A stretch of DNA of 64,000 bases, from the NCBI GenBank assembly GCA_903813345.2, contig CAIIXF020000001.1:27900001-27964000 (forward strand). Reading direction: 5' to 3'. Under the pieces are notes generated by a model that was not told where the DNA came from, ran no database searches, and worked only from the letters and a program-made list of their open reading frames with translations. The translations under genes were made by a program, and so were the position numbers. This DNA is from Owenia fusiformis (Eukaryota). Of this stretch, positions 62,726 to 64,000 are shown piece by piece. Position 1 is the first letter of the stretch, and the number at the start of each line of letters is the position of its first letter.

Positions 62726-63844
62726 CTGGTCAACCCAGTTGTCCGAAACCCAGTTCTCCGAAACCCAGTTTTCCGAAACCCAGTTGTCCGAAACCCAGTT
62801 CTCCGAAAATTAGGGGAATCTTGTTTGAAAAATACTTTTTTGAACGAATCTCGTTGTCGCAACCTCTGCGAATCACAACATAACATTGGAATAACGTTGA
62901 CATCATTGCAAAATTAGGCTAAATATGCTAAGTCAAGACGTTAATTGTTTAATGTTTAGCCTACGCAAGTTTACACAACATACATAGGGGTCTACAATTT
63001 TTAAACCATATTTCTTTATGGCCCATGGGCCTTTTTTGAGAGGGAACAACATTTTTCCAATGGGTGATGGGCGTTCTTAAAAGGAAAAATAGCTTTCCCA
63101 AGCCAGTAGGCATTTATTTAGTAAAGTTGACACGTACATCTTTTGAAACCAAAACTTATTCTTCACTTACGTACTCTGTTTGGGAAATAGAGATTAAATT
63201 AAAAGGATGAAGTGAGTACATGGCGAAAATGAAACTTCTTGCGAATAGGAGAACATCCATTTTGATACGAGGACAGCCTGCCTTCGTTTCCAGTTGATCC
63301 CAAGTGATTAAGTTAAGAATGTTTTGTTCTTTTACGATTTGATAAAATACAGAGACTAAGAAATTAAATGCGACGAAATATTTTGACAACGTTAATTAAA
63401 GTACTATATGCGTAAACCTATTTTATCTGTTTCAAAATGATTCATTTTATTTTGCCTATATAAAAGAGATTGAAGAAGATAAGATAAACTGTCCCGTAAT
63501 ATATATTGTGTTTTGATAACCTTTTTTTAGAATCACAATGTAAAATAAATCCCCTGTTCCTGCCATTCTGGTAACGCGTGCAATGGATGCAATTCAAAGT
63601 GAGAGAGAGATCTATGAACATCAGAATGCGTCCATGCCATTAATTTGGCCAAATACATGGCATGAAACTGGCCTAAGCTTAAAACGTCTCCCCTTTCTCG
63701 TAAATTATGACTATATTTTTCGGAGTAATGGGTTTCGGACCCGGGGTTTCGGACAAGTGGGTTTCGGACAAGTGGGTTTCGGACAACTGGGTTTCGGACA
63801 AGTGGGTTTCTGACAACTGGGTTTCGGACAACTGGGGTGCACCC
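62726..63844. mobile_element. Non-autonomous element with inverted arrays of 15-bp subterminal repeats (AACCCAGTTGTCCGA)
   Basis: 5 units at 62732-62808 and ~7 inverted units at 63730-63836. Ends CTGGTCAACCCAG / CTGGGGTGCACCC, with AT on both flanks. Confidence 0.75.
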
Positions 63845-64000
63845 ATCTAATAACCTGGTCTCTTTGATCACATCATTGACCTTTGATCACATCATTGACC
63901 AATCAGAATACATTATAGAAATACCCTCATTAAAGCTTATAACCAGATTAAAAAGAGATACAAATGCATTACAACCTGGTCTCTTTGATCACATCATTGA

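Noticed and set aside
62695-63871. Repetitive ORFs (RTTGF, VRNP, GFGQV repeats)
   Set aside because: They are translations of the 15-bp subterminal DNA repeats.
1-64000. tRNA, rRNA or other structured RNA genes
   Set aside because: None recognised by eye. A covariance-model scan would be needed to exclude them.

Overview
AT-rich, intron-containing genomic DNA from an invertebrate animal; it is not prokaryotic, and most ORF-track entries are noise or single exons. Three spliced host genes can be rebuilt by hand with GT-AG sites and continuous frames: RCC1L/WBSCR16 (minus strand, 10 coding exons, 461 aa), a mitochondrial acetyl-CoA hydrolase/CoA-transferase head-to-head with it (plus, 9 coding exons, 499 aa), and a secreted beta-lactamase-fold serine hydrolase (plus, 5 exons, 530 aa, with an 8-kb last intron). 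There is also one orphan exon near 1.2 kb. The rest is layered mobile DNA. A near-intact single-ORF CR1/L2-group LINE has a 13-bp TSD, a poly(A) tail, a 2A-like peptide and one nonsense codon. Many MITE and HINE-like elements and a satellite with a 250-bp higher-order repeat are present. Most striking are three alternating-orientation copies (41652-48140, 49426-56425, 56567-62609) of a 6-7 kb intron-containing DNA transposon, each with its own perfect 8-bp TSD and strongly asymmetric, degenerate termini. Two of them inserted 141 bp apart inside one ~220-bp MITE and form a 13.2-kb palindrome. Two small TTACT...AGTAA families share the same 8-bp-TSD, asymmetric-end design: one occurs as two flip-flop isomers of its core, and the other sits where the bidirectional promoter of the two mitochondrial genes should be. 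Family assignments are from memory of protein and transposon families; no searches were run.
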